Shown: piece by piece, positions 1 to 14,559 of the stretch
Layout: each line of letters opens with the position of its first letter
Position numbering within the stretch: the first letter of the stretch is position 1
Assembly (NCBI GenBank): GCA_002633005.1
Contig: NMRA01000039.1
Coordinates: forward strand, 724,335 to 788,334
From: Phoronis australis
Taxonomy: Eukaryota; Animalia; Phoronida
Direction: 5' to 3'
DNA length: 64,000 nt
Program-made: the position numbers and the translations under genes
Notes under the pieces: model-generated
Databases searched by the model: none
What the model was told of the DNA's origin: nothing
The model's input: only the letters and a program-made list of their open reading frames with translations

Positions 1-210
1 GACAATATTCTTTGTTGCATTAGTAACTGGTCTTGGCTAATATTATCATTTTATGGCCTGGTCATCCTTTCAGCCAAAAGTAGTTCCAGAGGTGGCTTAT
101 CAGCCAATTATTCACGCATGCTGACTCACAATAGAAGCCTGATAAGAGTGAAGGTGGATAAATGCGGTGTTCCTACAGTTTCTTGTTTTAGTGGATGTGT
201 TCACGACATG
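1..210. repeat. Inverted duplicate of 32534-32750
   Basis: The reverse complement aligns with 32534-32750, with about 3 substitutions and two 2-bp indels over 8-210 and looser similarity at 1-7. Confidence 0.92.
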
Positions 211-1600
211 TTGCATCACCTGACAACAACAAATCTCTCTCACTCACTCATATGTAACACATCCAGGTCGTTAACGGATGCCAACATGTTTTAATTTCCA
301 TGAACTACTCACGATAAATAGACCCTCCGTAATCCAAGTTTTGAAAGGGTCGACAATATTTCTAATCCAGGCGAAATTAGGAAGTAAACCTTTCTGCCTA
401 ATTTTTGAAATTATTTCTGCATTTTTGTTTATTTTTTTATGGGTCTTCACTATAACTTTAGTGAAGCCATGCAGATTGTGATGAAATATGTCAACCTTTG
501 CTAATATTAAGTACCAAGCACATTTGTTCATATTTCAAAGGTTTCAATGACACTACTAAGAATGCAAAAAATAACAGTAGTGCATGAGGCAACTCCTCCG
601 CTAACATTTGGTGTTTTGTTGCCCAACGCCTAAGCCAGTCTGACTAACAGGCCCTGATCAATCAAAAAGTTGCGCGTGTGGCTTATCAGCACTGCTGAGG
701 AAATTTTATTCACCAATTCCTCTTAAAATGTATCAATTTTAAAAAATCGAAGATGGCTAATAACTACTTTTCAATTTTACAGACAGCCATGTTCGTTGTT
801 TGCCTTAGTTGTTGTTTGAAACATGCCTGTTGTTGTTTACAACATCAATAATCTCTGTGAACACACATTCAGCCAAGCCCATGAATAGCGACAAGCTGAC
901 TTCAATCTTGTGACAATGCCACCAAGTCTTTGAAGTGGCGAGGAAATCCCTGGGTACTTGGGAGGGGAGAGGGATAAACAGTGCATACTTTCTAACCCAC
1001 TTGCCTGCAAATCGTGCAAATCCTGTTAGCGTAAGATTTGCCTAATGACAATGTAAAATTTAAGATTAATTTCTATTGAGAGATTTTACAAAACGAATTT
1101 CACTTATCTACCATATTGTGTTCAAAAATGAAAATGTTTTGCCATGCTATTTTTAGTGTGAATCCCATCTCATTACTTTCATATAGAGGGCATTTCACAA
1201 ATTAAAACTCAAACTAGACTACTAAACCATACAAAATGCATCTGTCAAACTTTCCAAACCATAACAAATGAAATGTTAAGAGAGCTGTAAAACAACTGAT
1301 CTTCCTTAAAGTTAAGCACAGCATGTTCAGTAAAGTATGGTAAACGGCTGAAATGGCCGTCTAATTAAGTCTTGATGACATAATTGACGTCAACGTCTAC
1401 CAAAGCACTCTCTTTGTACTGTGATTCTGAATGTCAAACAGCCCCAACTGTCATGTAAAGTTGTTAATGTGGATTAAACACTTTACAGTTTGATTTACAA
1501 TTCACTGGTTAGGACTAGAGTCACATTTTATATTTAAGCTACATTTACAGAGAGGCAGTTGTCACAGAACAACTAACACAGAACAGCTGATCGGGCACAA

Positions 1601-1731
1601 GTGTGTTGGTGTGTGTGCGTGCGTGCGTGTGCGTGTGGTGTGCGTGTGATGTGCGTGTGATGTGCGTGTGTATCGTATTGTATTTATTTATTTATTATAG
1701 TGACAAGTACAAGTGTGTGGGTGTGTGGGTG
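1601..1731. repeat. (GT)n/(GCGT)n microsatellite
   Basis: Runs such as gtgtgtgcgtgcgtgcgtgtgcgtgtg, interrupted by a short (TATT)n. Confidence 0.85.
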
Positions 1732-2021
1732 TCCATGTATAAACACGAGTGACACCTGACACAGAGCAAGTTGACACTGCGGCAGCCATTTTTCACACCG
1801 GTTTGAGAGGTAGACCAAGTAGCACTCAGTCAATGGCTTCAGGTTCTACTACACATCCAAACACAAACTGAGACAAGGGCTGAAAGAGATCATCTCCGTT
1901 GCGCTTGCACAGTAGTACGGATGATCTGCTAACAATCCACGTGGTTTGGACATTCGCTGTTGTTTACGTGAACATGTGCAGACAGTCTTGGTGTAAGTGA
2001 CTCACGCTGATCCAGTTTGAG

Positions 2022-2147
2022 ATCCAACGTCGTGTAAATGCATCCAACATCCTGTAAATGCATCCAATGTCGTGTAAATGCATCCAACGTCCTGTAAATG
2101 CATCCAACGTCGTGTAAATGCATCCAACGTCGTGTAAATGCATCCAA
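2022..2147. repeat. 20-bp minisatellite, ~6 copies
   Basis: Unit CATCCAACGTCGTGTAAATG repeated head to tail with 1-2 variants. Confidence 0.95.
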
Positions 2148-2759
2148 ATTAGAGCGAGCCGCACCTTGACAACTCGCGCTGTGACGACTGTTCCTCGTGT
2201 ATAAATAGCTGTAGTTATAGCTATGCTTGCAGGAATGGTACTACAAAAGCCTTTCAACAGGCTACGGAGCTTTGGGAAGACTTAACTTCAGTCTTGGATC
2301 GAAGTTCAATAGCGAAGATGTGGATTTAACAGCGAAGCGTCAACGTTTCGCTATGATGGAAACAACATCGATGCCATTGGAGCTTTCGATGGGGGTTACT
2401 GCGATTGCCAACAGCGGACGATGACTTGCTAGTATTGTTAATATTCCGTTCTAGTAATCATTATTTTTGACAGTATAAGCCTTCTATTTAAATGCATCCA
2501 TGTATTTACTGGATTCTTTACATAACAAAATCATTGAACGTACAGTGTACGCAAAACAAGTTCCTGCCATACTCTATATTGCCTTTGTTCAGTGAAGGTC
2601 GTATTAGTGCCATCTTGCAATAAGTTCACTGAACTAGTTCTTTGACTAACTCCAAAGCTGATGGGAATGGTAACACTTAACTTCACGGTTAACCATCGAA
2701 AGTTGGATAGTAGTGGAGTAAACTGTATGGGAATACAAATATTTTACAGATGGCAACGA

Positions 2760-3000
2760 GTAATAACACCAATAAAAGCAATAACAATGTCGTTTTGTTT
2801 GTTGTTGCTGTCAATAATAATGACAATGGTTTAATAGTTGTAATGATAACGACTTAAATAGCAAATAATCATAATGATAATTATGATCAAAAAAGATAAC
2901 AATACCACTATCAATAATACAGACAGTACTAATAACAGTTATAATAGTAACATTTGTTATGATAATAATAATATCAGCAAAATACCTCATAAACATTAAA
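2760..3000. repeat. Degenerate (AAT/AAC/GAT)n low-complexity tract
   Basis: Trinucleotide-phased aataataatgacaat... sequence. Confidence 0.7.
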
Positions 3001-5643
3001 CGTAATATGCGGCGAGCTGATAGTGCTACACCCTATTCATGTCATTTTTCGATAAAACACTCACTGCTTCATCAAACGGAACTCGCGCTAAATATTCCCC
3101 ACTTGCTACTACTTCAGTGCTGTTATCAGAGCTAACAGCACCATCTGGGGACCATCCGGGGAACCCTGCTTCAAACTGAGTGATTCAATAAGCTAAGGCC
3201 ACATAACTAACAGATGGAGAGATGGGGGCATACACTTCAACTGAAAATTAAATAAACAAAGATGGATTGTCAATAAAGGGAACCTGCACCAAGATAAGAG
3301 CCATCAAGAGACTATGTCCATCCATGCAGCTCATCTATCAATAGATCCAGAACCTCAAATACCAGATGACTGGTTATCACTGCTATTAAGTTGAATATGA
3401 GATGACTAGGTATCTCTCCAATTAGGTTATATCTGACTATTTTAAGTACAAATTGTCTCAAACTGCTAAACATGCATGTAATTGTTGGCTTCTGAGAAAT
3501 CAAACTTGGCAGCTAAATACAGAGTTTTCTGGATGTTAATCGGTGACATTGATTTGGTAAATCTTAACATTACTTGGCGCAAAATATTCCTTTCAAGTTT
3601 TCGTTACGTGCAAGCACCCATAATATCAAAAAGCATTGTTTGATGGTTGCTATGGTAAACAAATTACAACATGGGAAAGCATTAACTTGCAGCAACCATA
3701 CCTCATCAAAAAGAAGAGCAAAATTTCACATGCCCACTATATGTCCTAAAATCGCAAGATTTTACAATAATCAAATGTTTCAACTAACATAGCTGTGTGG
3801 AGGCACATCTGTAATGGTGAATTTTTCAGTAAAAACTCACTATTTAGGGCACAATGTGGCGGACAAGTGAAATTATGTTTTCTCGTTTTTTCATAAAAGA
3901 TTTGTATTATCAAATTCATGTTTTATCATGTTCCAGTTCTGTATAATAGCTACCATCATAAATTTTAACTCACAAAAAGTAAGCAATTTCTGAAAGTACA
4001 AAGCCTAGAATTTGATTTTTGAATTTTTGCCTATCTGCAATTAATTGGGTCAGGTGACCATGTCTTTTTAGTAAAATTTAATTAAAACAAACAGTACATT
4101 GATAGCAAAACAACAGCCTCAATACAATGATCAAATTTTATTAGACATCAATACTCAAGATAATATCTCAAAAACACTGCTACAGTTTCTATATTATAAT
4201 TTTGTTTTCATTTCACGCAAATCATATAGAGCCCTATATTTAGACAGCCTTTTCCACAAATGTCCATCTTATGATAGCTACTGCTGTATAAACTCAGTCT
4301 CTGTGTAACTGCACTGGTTTCAATGATTCAACAGTTGTCTTACAGACTATACACGTGTCTTCCTATTACACTCCATACAGGATATATAGAATAACTCATT
4401 ATATACAGCGTAACAACAGAGAAACAAACAAAAGCATTTTATGAATTCATTAAAGCCTCATTTAAATACGAAAGTAACGATACGTTCCTTCACAGCGCTA
4501 AGGTACTATATCAGACATAAACTAACGACATCTACCCGTCAACTCATGAGACTTTCCAAATAAGGAAGTCATTGCGATTATGAACTTTATAATTCGCTTG
4601 TACGAAGCCGACTGCGCGCTGACGGCCAAAATGAGGCTGACCTGAAATTCAGCTCTATTTTGCAACAGCTTCGCTGGTCCTGCTATCATTCGGCAATGAT
4701 AACTTCACTGTTGGTTAATATCTGAAACTAATGGTAAAGCTCAACTGAACTTTCCTATTCATATATCCAATCCACTTCTAAAAGTGAATGAAGATGGGTG
4801 CGAAAAGAGCTGTAAATTTTCAAGCTAGCTCATCGGATGTAACACCACGATGGTTTTCATTGTTGGGATGCAAAACTTTTAAAATTTTTTGACAATTAAA
4901 ATTATTACCGCTAGTACTGCAACCATTTTGGCAAATCATTTTCTGGTGAAATGGGGGAAAATGCGCACATTCCACTAAGACAGGTCAGTAGGTCAGGGTT
5001 TGATAAAAAGTTCTCACAAACGTCAACATGTGAAAGAAATTAGAGTAGTGTCCAATCAACATATTACCATCAGCCAGATAGGCCATAATGGTAATCGCAT
5101 TAGAATTTTAATGCTTCACACAGTCACTCTTCATCAGCTAGACTACACTGGTCAGCTGGTTCCACTTGCATACTGTCTCACTGAATATCTCTCTCAACAG
5201 TCAAAGATTAACCATACCTAATCTCCATAGCCCCTTCCTCCTCCCCGCCCTCTCCCTCACACCTCCAACTCAAACCAGGGGTAGCCACAGGGGTCACAGT
5301 CATTAACCACTTTGTACTAGGTCAACTGAATACCATGAGAACCAAAGATCAAAAGTCGTGGCCAGGTGTGTTGGGACATGTAAATTTGACACAACCTATC
5401 AACAAGAAATTATCACTACCAGGCAGGATGGAAAATTGTTACATTGGGCAGATGAGACAGCTCAAATTACTAGGACTCAAGACATCTTTTATAGCTTGAG
5501 GGCCACACTGCCTCTTTCAATCACCATGGCCATCTACCTCCTTCACATCCCGCCGTGGTACTTGTGGTATAAAGGTTACACTGGAAAAGACTTCATTATG
5601 TGCTGCCTTACCTTTTGTGAAAAATGAAAAATTGGAATTTCAC

Positions 5644-6186
5644 TTGTCAGCCATATTGTGTACTAAACGTGTAAGATTAATCACTTTCATACATGAAATG
5701 CAAGCTTTCTTCCCATTGTTTCTACTCTCAGCTAAAAGATGTCCTTAACAAACAGGCAGATTGGAAGATTTTAGCCATGAGGAATTCCATGATGTGGTGT
5801 CCCCATGAGTCATAGTCAGGTGATTAGTGTAATGGGCCGCGGCCTTGAGGCTTAAACACGCCTGATGTAACGCAAAAGGCATCAGGCCACCTGCACCCTT
5901 TTTTTGACATGAAANTTGTCAGCCATATTGTGTACTAAACGTGTAAGATTAATCACTTTCATACATGAAATGCAAGCTTTCTTCCCATTGTTTCTACTCT
6001 CAGCTAAAAGATGTCCTTAACAAACAGGCAGATTAGAAGATTTTAGCCATGAGGAATTCCATGATGTGGTGTCCCCATGAGTCATAGTCAGGTGATTAGT
6101 GTAATGGGCCGCGGCCTTGTGGCTTAAACACGCCTGATGTAACGCAAAAGGCATCAGGCCACCTGCACCCTTTTTTTGACATGAAA
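5644..6186. repeat. 271-bp tandem duplication split by a single N (likely assembly artefact: unmerged contig overlap or two haplotypes)
   Basis: 5644-5914 and 5916-6186 are identical except for 2 substitutions (ttGgaag/ttAgaag and ttgAgg/ttgTgg), with the N at 5915 exactly at the junction. Confidence 0.9.
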
Positions 6187-6796
6187 ACGCGGAGTACCCT
6201 ATTCCATGAGTTGAGCACACTGTAAGAAAAATTCTGTTTCAAATATTTCATCAGACACATGAAAATCCTCAATTTTGCGAAAGAATTTCTATACATATTC
6301 AACGCAAAACAGAAGAGAGCAAATTAAGTAAAAACCCATTGTCTATCAAAGATACACTAATTGGTGATTACTTTACAAAATGATGAAATTAAGCATCACG
6401 ATTATCGTCATTTTGGGGTGAAATATGCCATTAGCCTAATTTCAGGGAAATGATGCTCTGTGTGAAAAACGAATCTCATAATAAAATGAACCGTGTTAGC
6501 ACTCACAGATTGTTTGGCTGATGAACTAATTAGCGTAAATGGTAATCACGCAAAAAACATACGGTCATCACTCTCTTGTAGAATGAATTGAGCCAGTTAT
6601 AAAAACAGTTGGCTAACAGAATTACAACGACGGCTTCAAAGACAACTTGTCTGAAGTTTCTGCTCCATTATCGACACTTTGAATACTAACATTAAGTTTC
6701 AAATAGAACCTGTAAGCTTCCAATACTAAGGCAATTCTCTGTAGAACCATTAAATATCCGCTAACCCCATTCCAGCGACCACTGGAAGCCATGCAG

Positions 6797-7130
6797 GAGC
6801 TAAATTCCCATGTATTTCAAAATCCCGGAAATATTTCAGGAAAAACATTAACAGGATTAATTTCACAAACGGCCCTGTCCCTAAAGACTCCTGCCAGAAT
6901 ACTGGTATTTTGATAATCCTATTGGCAGGCACTGACACTATACCACTCTTAACTGAGTAAACAATCCGGTTTAACTCGGGCATAAAATTTCTTGGTATTC
7001 TTCCAGGCAATTTTGGTGGAATTCAGAATACCGGGTAAATCATGTCCCAATGCGAAAACTTTTGCGATCAAAATTTCAGTAGAAAAAAATATCTGGATTA
7101 CTTCCACTAAATTTCACGTGTGAACGGCAC
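6797..7130 (+). mobile_element. Degenerate MITE, same family as 44861-45211
   Basis: 6800-6940 aligns by eye to 44861-45001 (ttccca..aaatccc.gaaat..ttcag.aaaa..taa..ggattaatt.cacaaa), and the element ends in GTGAACGGCAC like the other copy (GGGAACGGCAC). Confidence 0.6.
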
Positions 7131-8459
7131 TAGTTACTCCGCACAGAATTGTCACGTGTCAAATACAGAACTGGTCAATCCAACTGCTGTGTAATCGGTA
7201 ATGTAATCCACTTTTTAAAACCATAAAATAACCAGATTGTCTGGTTTAGTTTAAATTAACATAATTAACATAATTATCAAAGCCCCACAAGTTGTTCAAA
7301 TATTTTCATTAGGCTAATGAAATTAGGATACTTCAGGATTTGGTTGCATCAGAGTTTGAGTTAGACTGGCGTGATGTCTGGGTGTCGCCAAGCAGCCAAC
7401 CTCTGGGCTTTTTATGAGAATGTTGACTGAATAAAGATCTACTCTCAAGGTTAAACGCTAAAAAATTATGATTTGTCAAATTACATACGGTAAAATCTCA
7501 CCAATTTAGGACACAAATAAAATGTATGTTATTTCCTTAGCTTCATGGCAGACATGTAGATGAAGTTTAGGCTTTACCATCAGAAAAGATTATGAAACAA
7601 TGTAATTGAAGTCCCACTGGTTGTAGACAAGTTAGGGATACCCTTAGGCTTCATTTTAATTCAAATCAGTACAACTTTAACTTTAACCCAAACCAGTTTG
7701 TTCAAAACGTATTGTTAAATGGTACGCCTTCAGCGTATCATTTTTTCAAAATGAACAGATTAAACATAATATGCACATTTTCGTAATCCCTGGCCACACT
7801 TAATTGATTAAATCCTCAGCAACTTGATTATTTTTCTAAAAACCTGGAAACACCCCTAAAAATACTCTGATGCATGTCATGCACCCAGACACATTTTATT
7901 GTCTGCCTTTTCAAGATCAGAGGTAAGATCGTTAACATTACTAATTTGTCCGAAACCGTGTTAACGGCACTTTTTGTCTATTAGTCAAGGATTTTTTACT
8001 CTAGTACTCACGGTAGAAGTACAACCTAACGCGGGTACCAGAATTCTCCACTATATTTACGACACAATGTTGCCAACAAGTCAAATTCTGATTTGTTAAA
8101 TTTCTCTACAAAAGAACATTTTATTCTACTGCAAGCATGGTTTGAATCGTATCGATGTCATAAAAATATTAATTTTCCTAAGTTCCTAAACATGTAATCA
8201 AACCTAGAAGAATGGATTATGAGCATTTTGGCAATTATTTTTATGCGAAATTATCGAAGAATCACCGTAATACCACAATGTTATACAGTGTTTACCCATT
8301 ACCATTCTATATTTACCCACAATGCTGCACACAGGAAGACCACATGTTGGACAAGATGCCACACTTACCACCACTTTACATCACATTAGTACACCAAGTC
8401 AATAATGTTTTATCAGCTACCCCTGCCTTTTTTAGATCTTTCGCAGGGCCCTCATCATG

Positions 8460-8791
8460 TATATTCATTTGTTATTTATATAATGTCTTACTTTTATTAA
8501 TTATGCATTGTCTGTTTTTAATTTTTTATATTTATATTTATTTTTAGTTATCTTGTCTTTATTTCTTTATCTTCTATTCATCATTTCATTTTTTATTTTG
8601 CTTCATCAGTCTTTCCTGGTTAATTTCGTATTCTTTGTTTATTACTTAAATTAGTCTTTCATTTTGTAATTTTGTTTTTGTCTTACTATCTCTTTGCTTT
8701 TTACTGAGGGCCCCAATTGAAAGCAGTGGGAACTGATGGGGCTACCCTCATTGTAAATATTACATTAATAAATAAATAATAAAGAAAGAAA
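8460..8791 (+). mobile_element. 3' end of a LINE-like non-LTR retroelement (T-rich UTR, terminal stem-loop, AATA tail)
   Basis: A T-rich tract is followed by the hairpin TGAGGG-CCCCA...TGGGG-CTA-CCCTCA (8705-8750) and then aataaataaataataaagaaagaaa. This is the architecture typical of CR1/L2-group 3' ends. Confidence 0.5.
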
Positions 8792-11700
8792 TCTCCGAGG
8801 TGAAAGGTGCCTGTGCCTTCTGAGAGGGAAATTTTTTGGGATGAGGGGAAATTTTTGCCTCCCGAATACCATCAATAGCACGTCCACCCTATTGTAAGCC
8901 CTCATAGGCTCTGCCTCATTGCAGCCAAAACTAAAAGTTTGTGCTCTTTCAAATTGTCACTTGTGTGAGTTACAAGTGATTTGAACCTCGCGATGAATTT
9001 TTCAATCGAAGAGAATTTTTAGGCCTCGTGGGAGAAAGTTTACGTGATTTTTCAATATTTTTCAGAGCAAAATGGGGCCCGATATTCGGCCCCAATATCG
9101 AGGAATTAAGGGTCCTGTTACCTCATCCATTTTGGCTCAGACATTTGTCATATGCCTTAGTTTTCGAAAATTAGGTCAATCATACGATGCATTTCCTACC
9201 TCCATAAATAGGGAAGCTGAATTTGAGGCATGGCTGAATTGCTGAAATTCATTTCAAATCAAAATTTACTACAAAGTTTCCATTTGATCACAACTCTATA
9301 GAACTAACAGTGCTGATAATGAACTAAAACTTCCGTAGTGTTTGCATGCCTTCAAAAGCTTGAATTGTCAAGATTTTATTTTTTGCAGTTTACCACACGT
9401 TTCGTTTGCAACAATTTTCAAAATGAGAAAGCACCACCTGGCAGCACATTTTGACCAGTTCTACATCAACACCTAGATACACCTGTCACTCATACAGTTG
9501 TTTTTTCTGGTTTTTAAGCAAATAGGTGAAGAACACCCGCTGGGAAAGGTATGTTTCATGCATTAGTTACAGCTGTTGCATAAGTACTGCTTCCATCAAC
9601 ACTTCAGACTATGAAATGAACAGCTTTTTTACATCTTAGCAATGATTGGCAGTGAATCTGCATAATCTATTTCTCAGGTTTCCATAGCAACTGTTCCACA
9701 GGGCTGACAATGATTTGCCATGCTGCCCTATTGCTTCTCAAGGTAAAATGTATTAGCTATCTGGTGAATGACAAGCAATGACAGTTGAGTATATACCAAC
9801 TAATTTTCATGTGTCTAAAGCAAAAGTCCTTTCTTCACTATTCTTAATGAGGGTTAAACCTCAACTGAGTGCTGATGGCTGGCTTCCATGATGGCCACTA
9901 GGACACTCACACTACATTCACCCCCTTCCGTACACTCAAGTCAAGGTAAAAATGATTTTGAATTTCTTTACCATAGCTACAGTATAAGCCAAAAGAAAAC
10001 AGAACGAATCCTCATGACAGTTGAGTGCAAGCATGATTGACAGTCATGGCAGCCATCCCTCATGACAGAAAACGAAGGGTAATTTACCGGAAAGCTATTA
10101 AAGTGGAAAAACCAATCACTATCCATATAGTTCAGATCAAATCAGTATGAAAACAAACCTCTAATAACTTTAAAAGCTGCAGCGCGCTGCAAACGCAAAC
10201 GACCGATGCACTGTAATTAGGTCGCTCGTTGCCGCACTATTACACGTGATAGTCGGCGTTCAGTATCAGAAGTTGCATCGGACTGAAACTGATACATGAG
10301 AGTACTTAGAATTGCACTAAAATTCGATCAATTCATCATGGTGTGACGGCGCCTAGTCATATTATCCGTACTTGAAATGCGCAATCATGTTCACAGGTGC
10401 CCCGCACGCACAAATATTGCACTTAAAAAACCCATTAAAATGTTTGAAAGGACAAACATTGATTGTATGCGTGCATTGTGATTCCAATAATAATTTTGCC
10501 ATGACTGAGTTGTATGGAGGCGTCAGTCTTGCACCCCAGTTGACCAAGTCTGTTTAATGATAATAAGCACCATGTTGTTACTTAAAAGGCAATAATTTCA
10601 TTTGCAATCACAACTTGTGTTACTTAACTTCACTTGGGGGTACATACACTTTACTTTGTTAGCCTTTTTTGGCTCTTTTTCAACATAACAGAACTCAGTC
10701 AATATCCAAACATTTTGGTTTGATTAGATATTAAATAATTTGCTGTGTTGCATAGGCTAACATATTCAGCAATTCTTTTTATTACAGAGTGTGAACTTAA
10801 CTTTTTAACCTTCTTTATAGTAGATGAGGGTTAGAAACAGAATCTACAAATTTTGTACAACGAGTTCCTGTTTTAGGATGGACTACCATTTCTCAACGAT
10901 TAAGGACAACTTCATCTAAGTGATTCTGAAAGTGACTCAAGTTATTCCCAGTCATGTCAAATCAATTGCTTATTTAATAAAATAAATTTCTTTTTTACTG
11001 TTGACAGTTGGAAATTGTAAATTTTAAAATGGCCACTCGGAACGCTAAAAATGCATGAAATTTGTAGACAAAAACATGCATAAATTTTTCAAACGATGTC
11101 CGATTTTGATGAATCTTTTTTTAATTTGCACAACTAAATAACCCTTTGCATATGAGATTCAGTTGGCATTTGTTAAGTGACCAAAAAGATTATTTTAGCC
11201 CGTAACAAAGTCGACACTAGAATAACGGTATTTTGCCTTTGACTTGTACTACGGCCTTGGACAAGAAATTGTTAGGATTCACATCAATGTTGGAAGCCTT
11301 GAAATGAAAAAAATCAAATTTGTCAATTAGTTTAGTATGAAGTTGGTGAGATTTTACCTGAAGACAGAAATGTTAATTCATGTGAGACACGTTTACAATT
11401 AAGTTCTTAGAGGATACTGGTTATGTCAAAAAAACATCGTTGGTTTTGGTCTATGGCTTTTTTAAAAGTTGATGCAGTGGACTGTTTTTAGTTGCTCACT
11501 TTATCAAAAGACTGTATACAAGACAAGAACAACCAAATGTTTAAACCCAGGGCTTTTCGAAAAAGGTGGGGCCCTTAAAATGCCGAAATTGATGCCAGCA
11601 GCCGTTTTTGCTTTCCTACAAGTCAGTGTCAGGCACGGTTTTAAAAATGACACAGTGCTTTAACAGACCAGAACCAACTATGCCTTTTTGGCTACCACTA

Positions 11701-13151
11701 AAGATTTTACAATGAAACATGAGTGATCAAGCAAGATCTGACAAGAAATAACTACACAATTTCTAAACTATGAATACATGAGGTTGACATAACATTAAAA
11801 GGGGAGTTTTGAATCAACAACATTCATTACAAAAAAATCGCTTCATTACTGAATTTTCAAACATTAGAGAAGCTGACGATTAGTCCAGTGCAGTCTGCAG
11901 GTTGTCACAGTTATGGCAAGAAGTATCTCTTCCCCAGGACAGAAAATCATGACAACACATGTAATTAACTGCCTGCCATAGAGACAAAAACTGTGGAAGG
12001 AGAGCCACTTTTAGCCAACTGAAGCAGACACTGCATTGTTACATAATTAGAAAACATCAGCCTAGTAGAGTTCAATAAAGATAGTACCTCGCTAAAAGCA
12101 AGATCTCACGAGATTCCGCTGGATATCGCTGTGTATTTTCAATGAGAGCACGCGATTTTGGCTAGATTTTTCTCGCCACGAGACAGCTACGCAGCTTTAC
12201 ACTTACTATGTGGAAAAAATTAGATTTTTTGGACAAAAGAACTTAACAGCTTATTTATTGTTAGACAAGGCTATTCTTGCAAAACACCTACAAACAGGCA
12301 CTAATAAACGTCAAATTAATCATGTCGACAACAGGACACTTGGAAAATGCCAGTAAGTAAATAGAGCATGAGCCTGAGAGACCAGATTCCAACCCAGCAG
12401 ATGGTGCTAAAAATAATACTAGCTGCCACACCTGATTACTACCCAGAAATGTGTATTACATCACACAGAGGTACTGATAATCCTACACCAGGTGCTAATT
12501 ACATTTATCAAACCCCAGCTCAACACCATGTGAAGAGAAAGGTAAAAGACAATATAACACAACAAAAACTTCAATTGACATAATCGTAACACGAATTTTG
12601 TTGATATCTGTTCCCCAGTTTGCTGAACTCAACAGTCTTCTCATTGAGTAAACTCAAGAAACGGTAACACACTTAGTAGACAAGAACATATAAACGGCTA
12701 CGCTCAGTGTCACACTGACTGATCAAAAATGACCAACTTCAAAGTGAAAGAATAGAAAAGACCTATGAGACGATAACAAGGTCAAGCTGAAATCCCACAA
12801 ATTGGAAACTGGATTAAATCAAGTCAGATGTGGTGAATCTTCCCCTGAAGTCCAACAACTAACTCCATATGTGAGAACAAAGCAGTTCATTAAAGACCCA
12901 TACAGTGATTTTCACCAAGGAAATTAGGTCAAGACGAAATTGAAAACTTGAAATTGAAATTTAAATAAGTCAAGTTAGCCTGGTTTGATTACGTAGTGAG
13001 AAACGCTGATTTGTCAAATCAAAAAACTAAAACACAAAACAAAACAACGCTTTTCAAAGAGAGCACTGCTTGAGGCTGTAAAGTTAAAAATAATTCCTGT
13101 GAGCTCCAACGCAACCACAGTATTAACCACAGAAACAAGAAGTATCAACTC

Positions 13152-14559
13152 CAGGGCTCGACATAACGAGCTGCAGGTCGCATTTGCAACCTGAAATTTG
13201 GAAATGCGAGCTGAGATTTTGGACAGCTCGCATTAAGTCGCAAAATGCGACCTGGAATTTCCAACGTATGCGAGCTGAGTTTTTAAAATTCGCGGCAGAT
13301 ATATGGGAAATGTTGAGCAACTCGGGCGATTCCGACCGTTATATGGTTGTTGCCAAATCAAGTTCAAAAGAACATTCATTGAAAAAAGCGCTCCCGATGA
13401 CTTGTAAACATGTCGCAGTCGCTTGAACAAGGGAATACAGAATTGGTCTGACGCATTTTATTGACCAATACTTTCGGCCTTTTGCAAATTTCCGGATGAG
13501 TTGAAGAAAGTTTCAGACCTCGGAATAACACGTGATAATACGTCAGAAAGCAGCGGTGTTTCTACTAATTCTTAAACGACGAAATCACCAAGCTTAGTGG
13601 TGGAAAAACATTTATTTTTCATGTAAGGTGTCCTTAATATCAAATTACGGCAACGCCTGATCGCACTGCGACACTGATCGGTTCCACTGTTAGCGTCGGA
13701 AAGCGGTCCCGGCAGACGATCGTCGTGACTTGGAAAAATGCGTCTCGTTTTTTTATTGCGAAAGACAGCAAATGTGAAAATGACATCCGAATTAATCGCT
13801 AAACGACGGGCATGCCTTTACACGCTTTCGGCAGAATAGTAGAAACCCGCACCGTCGGAAATCATTTCGAGGCTTTTTATTTCATGGAAAACTAATCAAC
13901 TACGTACCGGTAAACAGCATAAGTCCCACATTTTTGTTGTGAAATTTCCAATGAATTGTTTCCGCGTATCAATATGTCATTCAGCGAGTAGGGCAACGTT
14001 TCACGAAGTTCTTTCGACAGAATGTTTTTTCTAACGTGAAGTCGAAAAGTTTGGCCTGCGAACAAATGGAAGGAATTCGCACTCAGAGTTATCAATCTTT
14101 GGATCTTTAACGACTTTGATGGCAGTCATATAGCAAGTCAATCCTAGAAAAGTCGCGGATACTTTTTCAACGAGTATTTTCTTCTTTTTCACGTTGCACA
14201 CTTAGCTAATCGAATGCATGTGTCGGTTAGAGAGCACTGATTTAACTTGCACGTCGGCAACTGCCTTGCGCTCCAGGATCTTTCACTAGAAGGCGCTAGT
14301 GAAGAATGGTATCGCGGTGCATGCATGATATGCTTGTAAGAACTCAGTTTTGCGACATGAAATTTGTGAGTATTTAACGTCGCAAGAGCATATTCTAGGC
14401 ATTTTCTGATGACGTTAAAGCCAATTTTGGTCCGTAAAAATGGCGGGAAATTTTCGCGACCTGGAAATTTTGAATGCGAGCTGGATTTTGGAAATGCGAC
14501 CTAGGATTTTGGCTTGATCACAAAATGCGACCTGGCGATTTTCATAGCGTCGAGCCCTG
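13152..14559. mobile_element. Non-autonomous hAT-like DNA transposon (1408 bp) with 5-bp TSD
   Basis: TIRs CAGGGCTCGAC / GTCGAGCCCTG, with direct repeat AACTC at 13147-13151 and 14560-14564. Multiple subterminal TGCGA(C/G)CTG motifs occur at both ends, the interior is CpG-rich, and there is no transposase ORF. Confidence 0.9.

Noticed and set aside
1929-2257. Repetitive ORFs over the 20-bp array
   Set aside because: Minisatellite translation only.
5644-6186. Recent 271-bp tandem duplication as a biological event
   Set aside because: A single N at the exact junction and 2 SNPs point to an unmerged allelic contig overlap.
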